The notes under the pieces are model-generated. The model had not been told where the DNA came from. It saw only the letters and a list, made by a program, of their open reading frames with translations, and made no database searches. Shown one piece after another: positions 1-14,156 of a DNA stretch of 64,000 nt. The stretch is taken from the NCBI RefSeq assembly GCF_009914755.1, contig NC_060942.1. One strand, written 5' to 3'. Position numbers and translations under genes: made by a program. Within the stretch, counting starts at the first letter, position 1; each line of letters opens with the position of its first letter. Source of the DNA: the human T2T-CHM13v2.0 reference genome, Homo sapiens.

Positions 1-740
1 ATCAACCATTAGGACACATTGATTAATTCATTTTAACATTTTAATATTTTAACCATTGCAAGATATTCCAATACGTGATAAACATTTATTTATTAACTTC
101 TTTGCCAAAATTTTTACTGTTTGCCGTTATCGATATTGCTTCTCTGGGTAAAAATTTAACAACTATCTCAGCTATTTACCCCAGAGCCATTACACTTGAG
201 ATGCTGGCTCTGGATTTATTTTCCTCTAATGGTGTTCTCTGGAATGCGGTAGTTTAAGAAAAATGAAATGTTGATTTGTGTCATGTTGTACTAAGGCAGA
301 TTGTACTCTATTAAAATTGTTGTGAGATCCATGATTAATGAGAATCATCCCGAGAGTTGTGATCAATATCTTACTCCCAAAGGGCTATGCAATAACCACA
401 GCAGACAGAGGTTTGAGTAATGGACAGCGATGTTGTCTGGATTTGCTGCAGTGTGTAGGTGCTTCAGTTTCATTTCCAGCAACTTAGCCCACAGCCTGGG
501 TAAAGTGGCCTGGAGCCTGTACCTAGTATGTTACAAGACATTCTAGACTCTATATGGTAAAATAGTTGGGGGTAACAAGGTTTGGTGAGGTAGTGTTAAA
601 TTTTTATTGTGTGAAAGCATGTCAATCCAACTTTAATTTTTTACATAGAACTTAACTTGTCAACGCAGAGTAAAAAATATAATTCTGTGGAATTGGCAAT
701 GGGTGGAAAAATTAAAAGTGGCAAAACTGAAGGGAAATGG

Positions 741-768
741 CACACACACACACACACACACACACACA
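741..768. repeat. (CA)n microsatellite
   Basis: 14 perfect CA units. Confidence 0.97.
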
Positions 769-1479
769 TCTGCTCTCCATGGTTACTTTGAAGATGATTA
801 TTGAAAGTAAAGCCATTATCATGGGAGAGGAAGACAGAGCAGATTGGTTTAAGGCTGGTGTTTAAAATCAGAACCCATTAATTTGCCATCTAATGTTCTT
901 TAGGGTATTTGGTATAACAGCATACATAACTGCTGTGTCATACCACTGAGATTTTTAATTTGGAAATACAGCCCAAGCTCCAGGTAAGAATAAACAACTC
1001 ATTAATAAAACTAAAAAAATACAAGCTGTTACATATAAACGTAGAGTTACTTTGGAGAGAAATACCAGCCCTTACCCATGGAATCTTTATTGTCATAAGC
1101 TCTCAAATTGAAATATCAGAGTCATAACTTTATAATTGATATTAGATACCTCAGAATAGCAGGGATTATATGAAATATTACTAGATTCCTATTAGATATG
1201 ATTTTTGGTGTTCAATTCATTCTCAGAATGTAGTGGCTTTGCCCCTGTTAGAGTGGATAAAAGCCACAGTTAAATGAATCTACAACAAACAAGAGAATTG
1301 TATTCTTTCATTGTCTCATGCAAAATGAAACCTACCCCCAAAGAAGTCTAAACAGTGTTTGATTAATTATGATATGATAATTATGTGACTTCCCTATGAT
1401 TATACCCACTATCCAAACTTTAGCGAATACAGTTGCTAATGCTAAGTCTTCCTCACCTCCTTTTGGGTAAACAGAGGCC

Positions 1480-2190
1480 ATACAGGACACAGAAAACAAT
1501 TTTTTTCCCAATTAATTAGCATTGTGAACATAAAAAAGTTACAGCAAGTCAGAAAAGTAATTCAAATAGAGTGGACATATATTAAGTAGCAAAGAAAGTA
1601 TCAATATGTTCCACAGACCATAAGTAATAAAATTATATTCTTTGATTACAATGCAATGAAATTGCATATTAAAGAAAAAGTCTCCTCTGCCTAGGAATGT
1701 TTAAAAATAATAATAATGACAAGAACTCTCTGATAACAATTTTTGAGCACAAGGAAAATTTACACTGAAGCAGAAGAATTTATATAACATTGATAATGAA
1801 AACTACTTCATATCAGAATTTTGGAATATATTTAACCACTGATTACAAAAAAGTGTAAGTATAAAAATAAAATAATAAAAATAAAGTAATTATTTTTTTC
1901 ACTCAAAAGCCTAGAAGAGGAACAAAAAACTAAATTTAAACAGAAAATAAAAATTAAAAAGGAATAATTAAGTAGAATCAATGGCACAGAAAATCCCCTA
2001 AATGTAGAATTAATATGCTAAATGTTTGTTCTTCAAAAAATTAAAACTGGAAAAACCACTGAGTAAATTAAGTAAGGATAAAAGGGGAAAAGCACAAATA
2101 TTCAGAATTTAAAAAGCGGCAAAAAGGAAATAGTCATCGAAGCATAAGTAAACAAAATGATATATTATTTACAAAATCAAATCTTTCACA
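1480..2190 (+). mobile_element. Old L1 (L1M) ORF2 5' region fragment
   Basis: Degenerate ORF2 motifs such as 'gattacaatgcaatgaaatt', 'aatgaaaactacttcatatcagaattttggaata', 'ctagaagaggaacaaaaaactaaa' and 'tttgttcttcaaaaaattaaaactggaaaaaccact'; boundaries approximate. Confidence 0.75.
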
Positions 2191-2229
2191 AATACTGTTC
2201 GATTTTGCAGCTGTAACAGCAATATTTGA

Positions 2230-2420
2230 CAAACATCTATATATAAGTAGGTTATTTCTCATATTTACTTATTTCAAAAAACATGCATAAACATACTAAC
2301 ATGTATGCTTTTGTATCGTTGGAGCTATGTCACTGGGTACATTCCCAGAAGCTGTATTGCTGAATGGAATGGTAAATGTATTTGTTCCATGAGGTATTTT
2401 GCAATCTTATTTCATTCTCC
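2230..2420 (-). mobile_element. L1M/L1ME 3' fragment
   Basis: 'ctgggtacattcccagaagctgtattgctgaatggaatggtaaatg' resembles the antisense end of L1 ORF2. Confidence 0.55.
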
Positions 2421-3592
2421 AGTTAAAGGAGCAGTAAATTGCTGAGCATATGACTGATTATATGTCTAGTTCAGGAGAAATACAAGGTGAGCCTTAAACC
2501 TCTTGTGTGAGACAGCCAAACATTTAAAAACATTGATGGGACTTTTAAAAGGACACGGGAGCCAATTTGAAGAGGTGTGCAGTGACCAAATTAGGAAAAA
2601 AAAAATTAAACATTGACTTTTAAATGATAGCCTGAGATATAACCCATTGAATAAAATAAATCAGTGGTTCTATATAAATATATTTTAACTTAGGAATGAA
2701 GAGAACAGAAAGTCACTCAAGATATACTTATTAATAAGTTTAGAAAGAATGATGGAATAAAAATTCTCTTTTTACAGTCATTCAACAATAGTTGATTTAT
2801 CAAAAAATTATCAACAATTGCTAAAACCAAGCCAATTAATTAAACTGACCAATTAATAAAATTTAATTGAGAAACAAAGTCACCAAATTTAAAATATTAT
2901 CACACAGATTACATACCAATAATAAACAGAATAAGTTATGTTTACAATAGATAAATCTGATCACCATGACTCAAAATAAATGGATACCACGTGGCCCCAT
3001 TTTGCAGTCTAAAAAAAAATAAAAAATATAGTATTTGGGGCAAAAAAATTATTTAACATGACTATATTTTAATAAGTGCTTTCAGAAAAATCCAAATTAA
3101 GAGTATTGTAAAAAAAATCTGTTTTGGGTTTTTTATAAATGCCAATGAAATTACAAACAAAACAAAAAATATTGCTTAAAATTTTGGTCATAAGAGATAA
3201 AGGACAGGATGATTTTAACCTTGATTGGATCATGGATTTAAAAAATAGCTATAAAGAATACTTCTAGGATAATTTGGGATATTTGATCATGCATTTTAAG
3301 TTAGCATGACATGATAACCGGCAGTATTAAAGTGCAATTTCTAATGTTTAATCACTGTATGTTGTGGGTTGTAAAGGGGAGTGTACTTTTTATTAGGCAA
3401 AAATGTGCACATTGCCCATTAGGGAGAATTATATCTGCAGCTCATCAAATATGTGTGATGTCTGGGGAGAGATAGAAAGAGTGAAAAGAGCTAGTGCTCA
3501 GATGTGGCAAAATAACAATCAGCATACGTAGGTTACAGGTATATGGATGTGCAACTTTTCTCTTGGTTTTAAATTTATTTAATTAAATATTG
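2421..3592 (+). mobile_element. L1MC4/L1MC5-like 3' UTR
   Basis: 'ggagaaatacaaggtgagcc...aaaggacacgggagccaatttgaaga...tgaccaaa', 'tataacccattgaataaaataaatc' and terminal 'gcaacttttctcttggttttaaatttatttaattaaa'. Confidence 0.75.
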
Positions 3593-4138
3593 GAGTAGAA
3601 CAGATGACATTAGTTCGTAAAAAACATATTATTCTGGGCTTTACTGGGGTTCTGTAGTTAAAACCCATAGAAGAAAACAAATTTGACAGTGACCAAAAAG
3701 TAATATTTATAACAAATATTTGAAATCAACATGTCAGATGTTAAGATGGAAAGACAATTGATGATAAATATATATTAGATTTAAATATTCTTGCAAAAAG
3801 ATGTACTGCAGTATAATTGTCAGCACTTTTGTATGAAATAATATATTTCTAAAGGGAAAGTACATCATTTATTAGGACAATATATGTTCTAAGTTTGCTT
3901 TTAAACAAGATAACACTTATAATTTGGCTTATTACATGAGAAAAGTGATTAAATTCAACATAGAATAGGAAGAAAGCATGTTTTAGCAATACTGATATTT
4001 AGAAAGAAAAAGTTGTGTTCTAGGCTACCAAAATTAGTGTTAGGTTAAAACATTTATAATTAATTATTTCACAGTAAGAAATAAGTGAAAGATTAAAATA
4101 TAGTATACTTTTCTGCAGATATCAATAAGAATAATGTT

Positions 4139-4210
4139 ATATGTGTATATATGTGTGTGTGGAGAGAGAGAGAGAGAGAGAAAGGGAAGAAAGAGATAGT
4201 GAGAGACAGG
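4139..4210. repeat. (TA/TG)n-(GA)n compound microsatellite
   Basis: atatgtgtgtgt followed by a gagagaga run. Confidence 0.85.
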
Positions 4211-4869
4211 AGAAATTATAGCAGAAACAGGAAAATTCTAAAGTAAGAATAAATAAGGAGTTTGTTCTCAGGTTCTCAGATTGAGTCCATGATGAAACAT
4301 AAAAGCATGAAATCACTACCTGTAGGTAACTCTGGTTGTGCGAGAAGGAGAAGAGGGGTTGGTGTGGTTAGAAGAGATGAAAGACTAGCAGAAATAAAAA
4401 GTCAGGTAAGATTGTGCCAAAAGAGGATTCGTGGATAATGGATATTTTTGCAGATTTCATCAAAAAGCATAGGAAGATTAAGAGAGAAAACAGTCTGTGG
4501 ATCACTGCCAGGGACTTGATAATGGATGAAGGGACACGATTTTATAGGAGAAATCATAGCTTTGGAGTTGAGCATCTTGATCATTTGGTGAAACAAGTGA
4601 GATAAACGACATTTGGCAAAATTCTTTAACATTCTGAATGTTCCTTTGGCTGATGTTTGCAAGGGCAAATGGCAGAGGTGACATGATAAACACAAGCAAA
4701 TAAGTGTAACATAAAAGATTTAAAATTAGGAAAGAATCTTTTAGAAATGACAAGGAAGTGATCTGAAAAACATTACAAACAGGAATTTCATAGCATGGTT
4801 AGAAACACATAAATCATAATGGCATAAATAGTAATCACAATAACCTAACAAGAACAATCATAGTAGTAG

Positions 4870-5405
<536 letters not shown>

Positions 5406-5524
5406 TAGTTCATGTTATTAATTATATAATATTACGATAATCAAAGAAACGTGGAGAATAAGAAAGATGTGGAAATGTCAAAATAGGTAACTGGGAAGGT
5501 ACTTTATCTAAATTTTTTTTTTCA

Positions 5525-6475
5525 AATATCACTAAGGATCTCTATCTAACCTTACATAGTGGAGTTGTATTTGTTCTTCGCAGCAGCATTCTGCGTAGTA
5601 AAAAACGATTTTAAAACATATTTTTTTCTTGGCTTTCATGAATATTGTTTTATTTATACACCACTGGCTATTTTCTGGTCTCCTTGGCTGACTATTTCTG
5701 TACTAACTATCCTGGAAATTACAAAGTATTCGAAATAACCATCGGAAGACCACTTATCTTCTGCATTTATACTCTCTCTCTGGTTGGCCTTAAACTGTCT
5801 CTTTTACATTTTATGTGCATGCTGATAACTCCTGAAGGTGTATATCTGGGCCTGATTGTACCCAAATAAACCCCAGAATTGCATGTCCAGAGACATTTCC
5901 TAAAAGGCACCAGAAACACATTTCACATTTTAAAAGACCAAAATTCATAGCTTAGACTATTACATACATGCATATATGTGTATATATACACACACACATA
6001 CATGCATATATATACACATATATATACACAAACATATATATACACACACACATACATGCATATATATACACATATATATACACAAACATATATATATACA
6101 CACACACATATATATATATGCATATATTACATAAAGTTCAATGCTTTTTCATCCCTAATCCTGATTGTCTTCCAATTTCCTCGACCTGTGGGTACCTGAT
6201 GCTTATCACAAAAAAAATGGGTTAAATTTTGTTCCACAGAAATGGCTTCCTTAACCACCAAATTTGATATAGCTACCCATTCATGTATCATCACAGTAAC
6301 CTATTTTAAGTTATTTATGCACATTAGAAGTTATCTTGTTTGTTGTATTTTCTGTTTTCTCTGATAGATTGAGAGTTTTATGAGAATCCTACCTATCTTA
6401 TTAGATTCCATTCTTTACACATAGGACAGTTCCTGACTCATTATAGCCTCATTATCTAAATAGTCATAGAAATGT
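5525..6475 (+). mobile_element. L2a fragments interrupted by a microsatellite
   Basis: 'cagcagcatt...cttggctttcatga', 'gctgataactcctgaaggtgtatatctgggcctga', and a 3' end at ~6240-6475. Confidence 0.7.
5962..6128. repeat. (TA/CA) compound microsatellite with a 54-bp higher-order period
   Basis: 5997-6050 recurs at 6051-~6106; the ORF track shows an 18-aa period. Confidence 0.92.
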
Positions 6476-6489
6476 AACAGAAAAACCAG

Positions 6490-6902
6490 TCACTGTGTTT
6501 CTGATGTGATACAACATAAAGACATAATTTATTTTATAAAGCACTGTTATAAAATATTTAATTCAAATATAATCAGAGCTCTAGATTAACTTCCAATTTA
6601 CAGAAAACAGAGCATATAGACACAAGTTCGCCAGTATAATGTAGAAACAATTAAAAAAACAGAGAAAGAATTCCTGAGGAAAACTGCCTGGGATGTCTCC
6701 AAATTAAATGTTTTGTGTTTAAACAAGGAGTAAACCCTACTTGATTTAAAATGATTAAAGATAAATCTTCATTCATTTTAAGCATGATAATGGTACTGTA
6801 CTTGCATAGAATGTGGATTATATTCTTAGACAATGCATGCTGAATTATTTAAGGATGAAGTGCCTTGATGTATTTAATATACTCCTAAGCGTTTCGTCAA
6901 AT

Positions 6903-6945
<43 letters not shown>

Positions 6946-7062
6946 GAGGAAGCAAATTTGGCAAAATACTTAGGTAAATTCATGTAGAAGGAATATGAAC
7001 ATATATTTCCTTATTCTTTCAACTTTTCCATGGTGTTGAGATTTTTCAAAATTAAAAGGTAG
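6490..7062 (+). mobile_element. L1ME3/L1ME4-like 3' end
   Basis: 'aatcagagctctagattaacttccaatttacagaaaa', 'tgataatggtactgta' and 'ttctttcaacttttccatggtgttgagatttttcaaaattaaaag'. Confidence 0.75.
6906..6944. repeat. (CA)n microsatellite
   Basis: ~19 perfect units inside the L1ME. Confidence 0.97.
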
Positions 7063-7371
7063 TAAAAGTGTACTTTTGATTAACCTCTTCTAGGATGGTT
7101 TTTATAAATTCTCCCCTTCTACTCTAATTCTATTCTACTCGGAATTTGTAGATACTTAATTTTTTTGTATTTTATTCATATTAATTGCTTAACAAAACCA
7201 AATTTAGAATGTATTTTACTATAACTATTCCTTTTGGTATCTATAAATTCATTCTTAACCACATTCAAATATGAATCAATCCCCAAAGTGCAATGAAGTT
7301 TTTCAAATACGTCACGTGTCTTCATTTTTTTGCCATGGTAGAATCAAGGCATCCTTATGGATCCTTTTAAC

Positions 7372-7372
<1 letters not shown>

Positions 7373-7409
<37 letters not shown>
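7373..7409. repeat. (CA)n microsatellite
   Basis: ~18 perfect units. Confidence 0.97.
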
Positions 7410-7412
<3 letters not shown>

Positions 7413-7444
7413 CTCCCTAAGGGAAGTTATAACAGAGGAAATAC

Positions 7445-7560
7445 AAAAATTACACTGGCACGCAACAACTAGAATGACTAAAATTAAAATTATAGATAAT
7501 ATCAAGTGTTGACAATAATGTGGAACAACTGAAACTTAACTACATTGCAGTTGTAAGTGT
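7445..7560 (+). mobile_element. L1M ORF2 3' fragment
   Basis: 'actagaatgactaaaattaaaa...atcaagtgttgacaataatgtggaacaactgaaact'. Confidence 0.7.
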
Positions 7561-9104
7561 GCGTGCATGTGTAAAGAGACATGTGTGTCTCATTCCCTGT
7601 AAGCATCTTTATTTTCCCCTTAGATTTGCTCTATTTTATTAATGCTTTTTCGAGTTGGAAGTTAATATCATTTATTTCACAAAGACTATTATACAAGGAG
7701 ACAGGTGTCTTAATTCCAAATGTAGGACTGTGTTGAACATAACAAGAACCACTTTTATATAACAAACTACATAACAGATTCCTGAGACCAAACTGAACCA
7801 AAAGCTACAAACTTAATTCATATTACTCTTATTTTGAGGCATACATTTTTGCTTTGTATTACTTAATTTTATATTACTTGCTTCAACTTCCACAATAAAA
7901 ACTTAAAAGATTTGTCTCTGATATGAGTAAACTGGTAAAATGGTTATATTGTCCATTAATGGACTTATTGAAAATTGTTCCTGTTAACTTAATGAATGTT
8001 AACACTTGGCATATATAAATATTTAAAAACATGCTAATTGCCTGTAAACTCTTAGAGTCATGCTGTGTTCTAGTGAACAAATCATAATGACAAGCTCATA
8101 ATTGATTATATTCTATAAAGATGTGGCATTTTATAAGAAAAGAGAAGCACCCAATTTACGAGTGTTTCCTTAAGCATAGGGAAGGTTTGACAATGTTTGC
8201 ACCTCAGAATAGCGTTCTGTTTGTGTATCTAGTTCAAGACTTACTCTTCTTAACCTTGCAGACCAGTGGAAATGATTCCATAGTGTAGGATGGAAGATTG
8301 ATGGGATAAGAACAGGGGCACTGAAGTGACTCAGATTGTTTTATTGGTTTACGTGACTTCAAATTTCTTTTACTTCTACAAAACTTAAAATTAATTCCTT
8401 GATATCTCCCTGTTGTCATTCCTTCATAAGACCTTATGAGAAGAGGTTAATAAGGAAAATTGTTTTTTCTGAAATGATTAGGTTAGCAGCATAGGCAGAA
8501 CAGAAATCAGTGCTCCCACTGTTCCAAAAATAGCAGCCTTAACAGCATTTCTGACAATGTTAAAGACAAATAATTTCAGCAAATTTGGAGGACTCAAACA
8601 AGAAAATAAACATAAGTAGAGGAAGGTCATTAAGTAATTTCTAACCATCTTAACTTGTTTCAATTGCTTCTATATTGGAAACTTTAATAAATCATTTACT
8701 GAGGGTAGGAATCTGTGAAATGTGTAGTCCATGGACATCCAAAAAAATAGGTGTCCAATAAATTGTTTTTGTTATTAATATTGAAGACATACTTTTCAAA
8801 TTGCATTCCATTTGTTCTGCTGTAGTTAAATAAATTTTAATTTAAATGCTAACCTAATTAAAATATTGTCTGTATATTACATGTGTATTTTGTGTAAGGT
8901 GGAATGGTAAACCCTAAAATAAGTCATTTTTGTTGTTTTTTGTTTTGCATTTAGAAGATATTATCCCACAGAAATAACAATATGTTTGTCTCCTAATAGA
9001 GTTTCATGTTCTTCCTTGCTTCCTTTCTCCAAGAAAAGGTTGAGTGTTTCATATGGCCGGAGTTCTATAGGGTAGATTTAACTGATGCATGGAAATATTT
9101 TTCT

Positions 9105-9794
9105 TTTTTTCAACTTTTATTTTAGATTCAGGGGTATATATGCAGGTTTGTGACATGGGTATATTGCCTAATGCTGACGTTGGTGTATAATTGATCTCAT
9201 CACCCAGGTAGTGAGCATAGTACCCAGTAATTACTTTTCAATCCTTTCTCTCTCTCTACTTCCTCACTCTAGTAGTCACCAGTGTCTACTGTTGCCATTT
9301 TCATGTCCATGAGTACCCAATTCTTAGCTCTCACTTATAAGTGTGAATATGAGGTATTTAGTTTTCTATTCCTGTACTAATCTGCTTAGGATAATGGCCT
9401 CCAAATGCATCCATGTTGCGATAAAGGACATGGTTTCATTCTTTTTTATGGCTGTCTAGTATTCCATGCTGTTAAACAACATTTTGTTTTCCACATCCAC
9501 CATTGATGGGTACGTAGGTCAATTCCATGCCTTTGCTATTGTAAACATTGCTGTGATAAACATACAATTGCATGTGTCTTTTCGGTAGGACAATTTACTT
9601 CCTTTGGATATACACCCAATAATGGAATTGCTGGATCAAATGGTAGTTCTAAGTTCTTTGAGAAATCTCCAAACTGCTTTCCACTGTGACTGAACTAATT
9701 TACATTCCTATCAAAAGTGTATAATCGTTCCCTTTTCTCTGCAGCCTGTCCAGCATCTGTTGTTTTTTGACTTTTTAATGATAGACAGTCTGAC
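9105..9794 (-). mobile_element. L1PA15/16-like 3' end (non-inverted part of a twin-primed insertion)
   Basis: 'ttttattttagattcaggggtatatatgcaggtttg...cacccaggtagtgagcatagtaccc...cacttataagtgtgaatatgagg'. Confidence 0.92.
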
Positions 9795-9796
9795 AT

Positions 9797-9906
9797 AAGA
9801 CATGAGCAGACACTTCCCAATAAAAGGACATACGAGTGGCCAACACACATAAGAAAAAAATGTTCGACATCAGTAATCATCAGAGAAGTGCAAATCAAAG
9901 CCACAA
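9797..9906 (+). mobile_element. Inverted 5' segment of the same L1
   Basis: Sense ORF2 'aagacatgagcagacacttc...cagagaagtgcaaatcaaagccacaa'; shared TSD at 9093-9104 and 9905-9916. Confidence 0.88.
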
Positions 9907-11370
9907 ATAATTTTCTAAAGGCTGCCTTCCATCTGCAGTGTGCAGTGTACACTTTGATTCCATTCCAAGGCTCTCATCCTTATAGGTTTTGAAGTCAGTC
10001 AGCCAGAGAAGCAAATCTAGCTTTAGAAATCTGTCCTAGTTGGCAAGAGCATGAAACCTGGGTCTGCAAGGAGCCTTAGGCACTGGGGAAGATTTGTGTG
10101 CATGATTCTTCACACAGCTGAGTTCACTTTTCTGGGCGATTTTTCTCACCATTTCAAGGTGGTTATGACAAAACAGGCAAGATTCGGTTGTGAATGTGAA
10201 GAGTAAGAGACTCTTCAATCTACACTACTTTGATACTGCAACTCTAACCTTAGCCTAACCACAAATTTAATTGTCAGTCAGATTATTAGGTAGAAAAATT
10301 ATATTGGAAACTGAACATAGTGTCTTTATTTGAAAATGGATTATAGATCTTCTATATATGGTGGTAGAGGGGAGAGAAATTAAACCAGTAATTACATTTA
10401 ACAAACTGACCCATTAATTACATTCAAATGGTAGTTTCGAGCACATCCGGCTAGAATCTAATGATGTCATTTGAGAAGTATTTTCCTTCTCTCCAGTAAC
10501 CCTGAAACTAAGTGTACATTTTTCTTAGTGACTAGTTTTACTAACAAGGCCAAAAGGTAGTGAAAGCCTATTTCTCAATGAGAGAAAATTATCTCTGATC
10601 AATAGCTCCTCTCTGATACTCACTCTGTAATGTATAGCAGAGCCTAAGCTGCAAGCAGCAGAGTACCCAGTGATACACTGCCCCCTCCTGCTGCCAACAT
10701 GGCCAAGAGCCAGTAAAGCACTTAGTGAAACTCTCTGTCATCACTGTCAGGCTTTGAAGGCATTTTATGCATCTGAACATTGGGTGTCTTTTTTACTTCC
10801 CCTACAGGAAATATAGATTCACTCTGATATTGCTGCAAAAGAAAGTCATCTAAGAACCTAAGCTTTTTGCTTTTTAATCAATCAATGATACCAAAATGTA
10901 TATTCAAATGCCTTTTCATGTGAATTATTCTGCTCCTAGAAGGATAGTATTAATAGAAAAAACCTAGAAAGATGATATTAGATGCAATACAATCCAAAAT
11001 TATCATAATATGATACCATTCTATTGTTTTTTTCTTGACAGTATATTACACAAAATCATAAGTAGCATTTGGTCTTGAGTGAATGGCAAAACAAGAGTTT
11101 AAATTATGAGATATTTCAAATGACCCTAGCTTCAGACAAGCTGAAGAAGATAAAATGCTTGTAAAATCCCTAGACAATATTTGTAGGGGAAAAATACAAT
11201 GCAACTACTGAAAGTTCATAAGTTTTTACACAAATAAAACTTTTATGCCCACTTGCCTCTGTTCTACCTATAATAAAGCAAACACTCTTGCTGAGCAATA
11301 CTTAAAAGTTGTTTAAATAATCCCTTCTAAGTAACCAAATATATTTATTATAATAATATAAATAATTCAC

Positions 11371-11725
11371 TGTTAGTCCTGCTATAGTACTGCTATAAAG
11401 AACTACCCTGAGATTGGGTAATTTATAGAGGAAAGAGGTATAATTGACTCACAGTTCTACATGGCTGTGGAGACCTCAAGAAACTTAGAGTTATAGTGGA
11501 AGGGGAAGCAGGCACCTTCATCACTAGGTTGCTGGAGAGAGAAGAGCAGGGGAAACCAACACTTATAAAAACATTGGATCTCAGGATAACTCACTCACTT
11601 TCATGAAGAAAGCATGGGGAAAACTGCCCTCATGATCCAATCTCCACTCACCAGATTCCTCCCTTGACATGTGGGGATTTGAATTTGAGATGAGATTTGG
11701 TTTGGGACACAGCCAAACCATGTCA
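11371..11725 (-). mobile_element. THE1D/MSTA-type MaLR solo LTR
   Basis: Ends 'gagatttgg...ggacacagccaaaccatgtca'; perfect 5-bp TSD ttcac at 11366-11370 and 11726-11730. Confidence 0.93.
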
Positions 11726-12269
11726 TTCACCCAACACTGATATTTGCTTGTGAAAAAGTCAAAAAGTTTGCTATTGTTGGTTTTTGTAGAAACATTGAGT
11801 TTCCTGATTATTAATATCTAGTATATTGGTTTAATTTCATAAATGTTTTCATAAATTTTACAATTATAACATTGTTCATGAAGTAAAATGGAAGACTATA
11901 TTTGACTCTGAATAGAAATAAGCCACTATATTGTACTACTCTTTCCGGTCCCCAGCAATGCAAGAATATCTACCTTGTGACTCAGTGGACATTGAAAACT
12001 GTTTTCATTCTTCAGTGCTCTACTTGAAATGTCAACAATTATTCGACCTTAACCTGCGGTTTCGTGGCCAATCAGTGACTTTTACTCTTGATTCAAATAG
12101 CAGCTTTAAAATATAACGCTTGCTATGTATACATATATCCAATCACCTCTTATGTTTGTTACTCGTGATGAATTTGGTGGAATATTAATTCCTCTCCTAA
12201 TATTTATACAGTGTAAAATTTAAAATAGTTGTGACCAACAAAACATTTTGTAAATTCAATAGCTATTAC

Positions 12270-13110
12270 ATTATTTTATAAATTTTGTTAGTAAATATTT
12301 CATTGTATCAATGAACAAAAATGTATTAATTCATTCTACTGAAAGTGTGTATTTGATGAATAACAACACTTCCCAAGAACACTATTTTACATATTGTCTG
12401 ATAAACATACGCATCTCCTATAGCATGTGTGTATGCATACTTACGTATACATACTTTTGTTTATATACACATATTTACATGTATACATACATATGTGATT
12501 GTTGGGTTGCAGTGCATATGCATATTCAACTTTGCAAGGTAATGCCTAATTGATCTTTAAAGTGCTTGTATCGTTTTACACGTTCATCAAATGTGAACAA
12601 AGGATCCATGGGTACTCATCCTTTAAAACACTTCCTGTTATGAGATGTTAAAGTTTCTGCCCATGTAGTGAACATAAATTTTGTTTTGCATTTTCTTGAT
12701 TAGTGATGAACTTGACAGTGTACTCACGTTTATTGGTCATTTATAATCCATTTCTATGAAATTACATTTGCACCTTTATCTACTTTTCAATTGGTTTTAT
12801 CTTTTTTTGGTGGGTAGAACGTTTTCATATATTCTGGGTATGAATCATTTGTAGGCAAAATGGTTTGCAAATGTTTTATTTGGTTCATAGATTGTGGTTT
12901 TTTATTCTTTATAGTATTAATAAATAGAAATTCTTAAATGTAAGATAATTAAATTTATTAACATGTCCCCTTTTTCATATTTTGCTCTTAAAACTTCATT
13001 TCCAATCCTTTGTTACAAAAATATCCTCCTATATCTGACCCTAGAATATTTATGTTTCGTCTTTTATATTTAAATTACTGAAAGCACTTTAGTTGTTCGT
13101 ATGTATATGT
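12270..13110 (-). mobile_element. L1ME ORF2 end / 3' fragment
   Basis: 'ttttgcattttcttgattagtgatgaacttga', 'gtttattggtcattt' and 'ttcatatattctgggtatgaatcatttgt'. Confidence 0.75.
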
Positions 13111-13740
13111 AAAATTTCAACTCACTTAAATTGCAAATATAAAAGCTCTTATACATTATTTAATTTTTGCCATAATATTATTTTCTATTTTTCTAATTTT
13201 TTTCTCTGTTTGTTTGCCTCATTTTAGGCTTTTGGTTTAATAGTGTTTTCCTTCAACGTTTCCTTATTTTTCTTTAACTGTAATGAAAGCTTTATGTAAT
13301 ATTTTTATTATCTTATGATTGCCCTAGGAATTTAAATGTTTATGTTATCTCAAAATACTTAAGCATAAATGTTATTTTCAATATTTTCTTAGACAGTACA
13401 GGGATTAGAAAATTATTAAACTCTGATTTCCCTCCCCAATGAACTTATCTTAATCCTGAACTTTAATTTTTTTTTACTAGCTTGATTTCCTTAACCAAAA
13501 CCCCTAGATTCTATCTTGATTTTTTATATGTGTTGTTCATACATGTGTTTGCATATGGGCTGTGTTTGCTTTTTACTTTATCATTATCTCTGACACTTAA
13601 TACTTTCTTCCTGGTTGATTAAGATCCAATTTCTAGAATCCTAGATACAGACAAATAAACACAGTCAGACACTGACTCCCTTGTAGTTTACCCTTGCAAC
13701 TTATTCTTTGGTTGGTTATTTCTTATTCCCTACACCCGCT

Positions 13741-14156
13741 CTTTCTTTCTCCCGCTCTCTCTATATATAGATATATAATATATATGTATATACATAATTA
13801 TATAATACATATTTATGTATGTAATGTATAACATATATTTATACATATATGTAATATAACATATATTTATACATATATGTAATATAACATATATTTATAT
13901 ATAAACATATATTTATATGCAATATATAATATATTATATTACATATATTACATATATAATATATATTATAATATATAATGTAATTATATTTTAAAATACA
14001 TTATATATTATATAACATATATAATATATATTATATGTAATACATATATAATATATTATATATTATATATGTATTTATATATTATATATAATATATAAAT
14101 ATATAAATGTATATTTAAATATATAAATGTAATATATAATATATAAATATATAAAT
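13741..14156. repeat. (CT)n followed by a ~400-bp interrupted (TA)n array
   Basis: Almost pure A/T; 28-bp unit ataacatatatttatacatatatgtaat at 13828-13855 and 13856-13883. Confidence 0.95.

Noticed and set aside
5923-6225. His/Tyr/Thr-rich repetitive ORFs
   Set aside because: Translations of the TA/CA microsatellite
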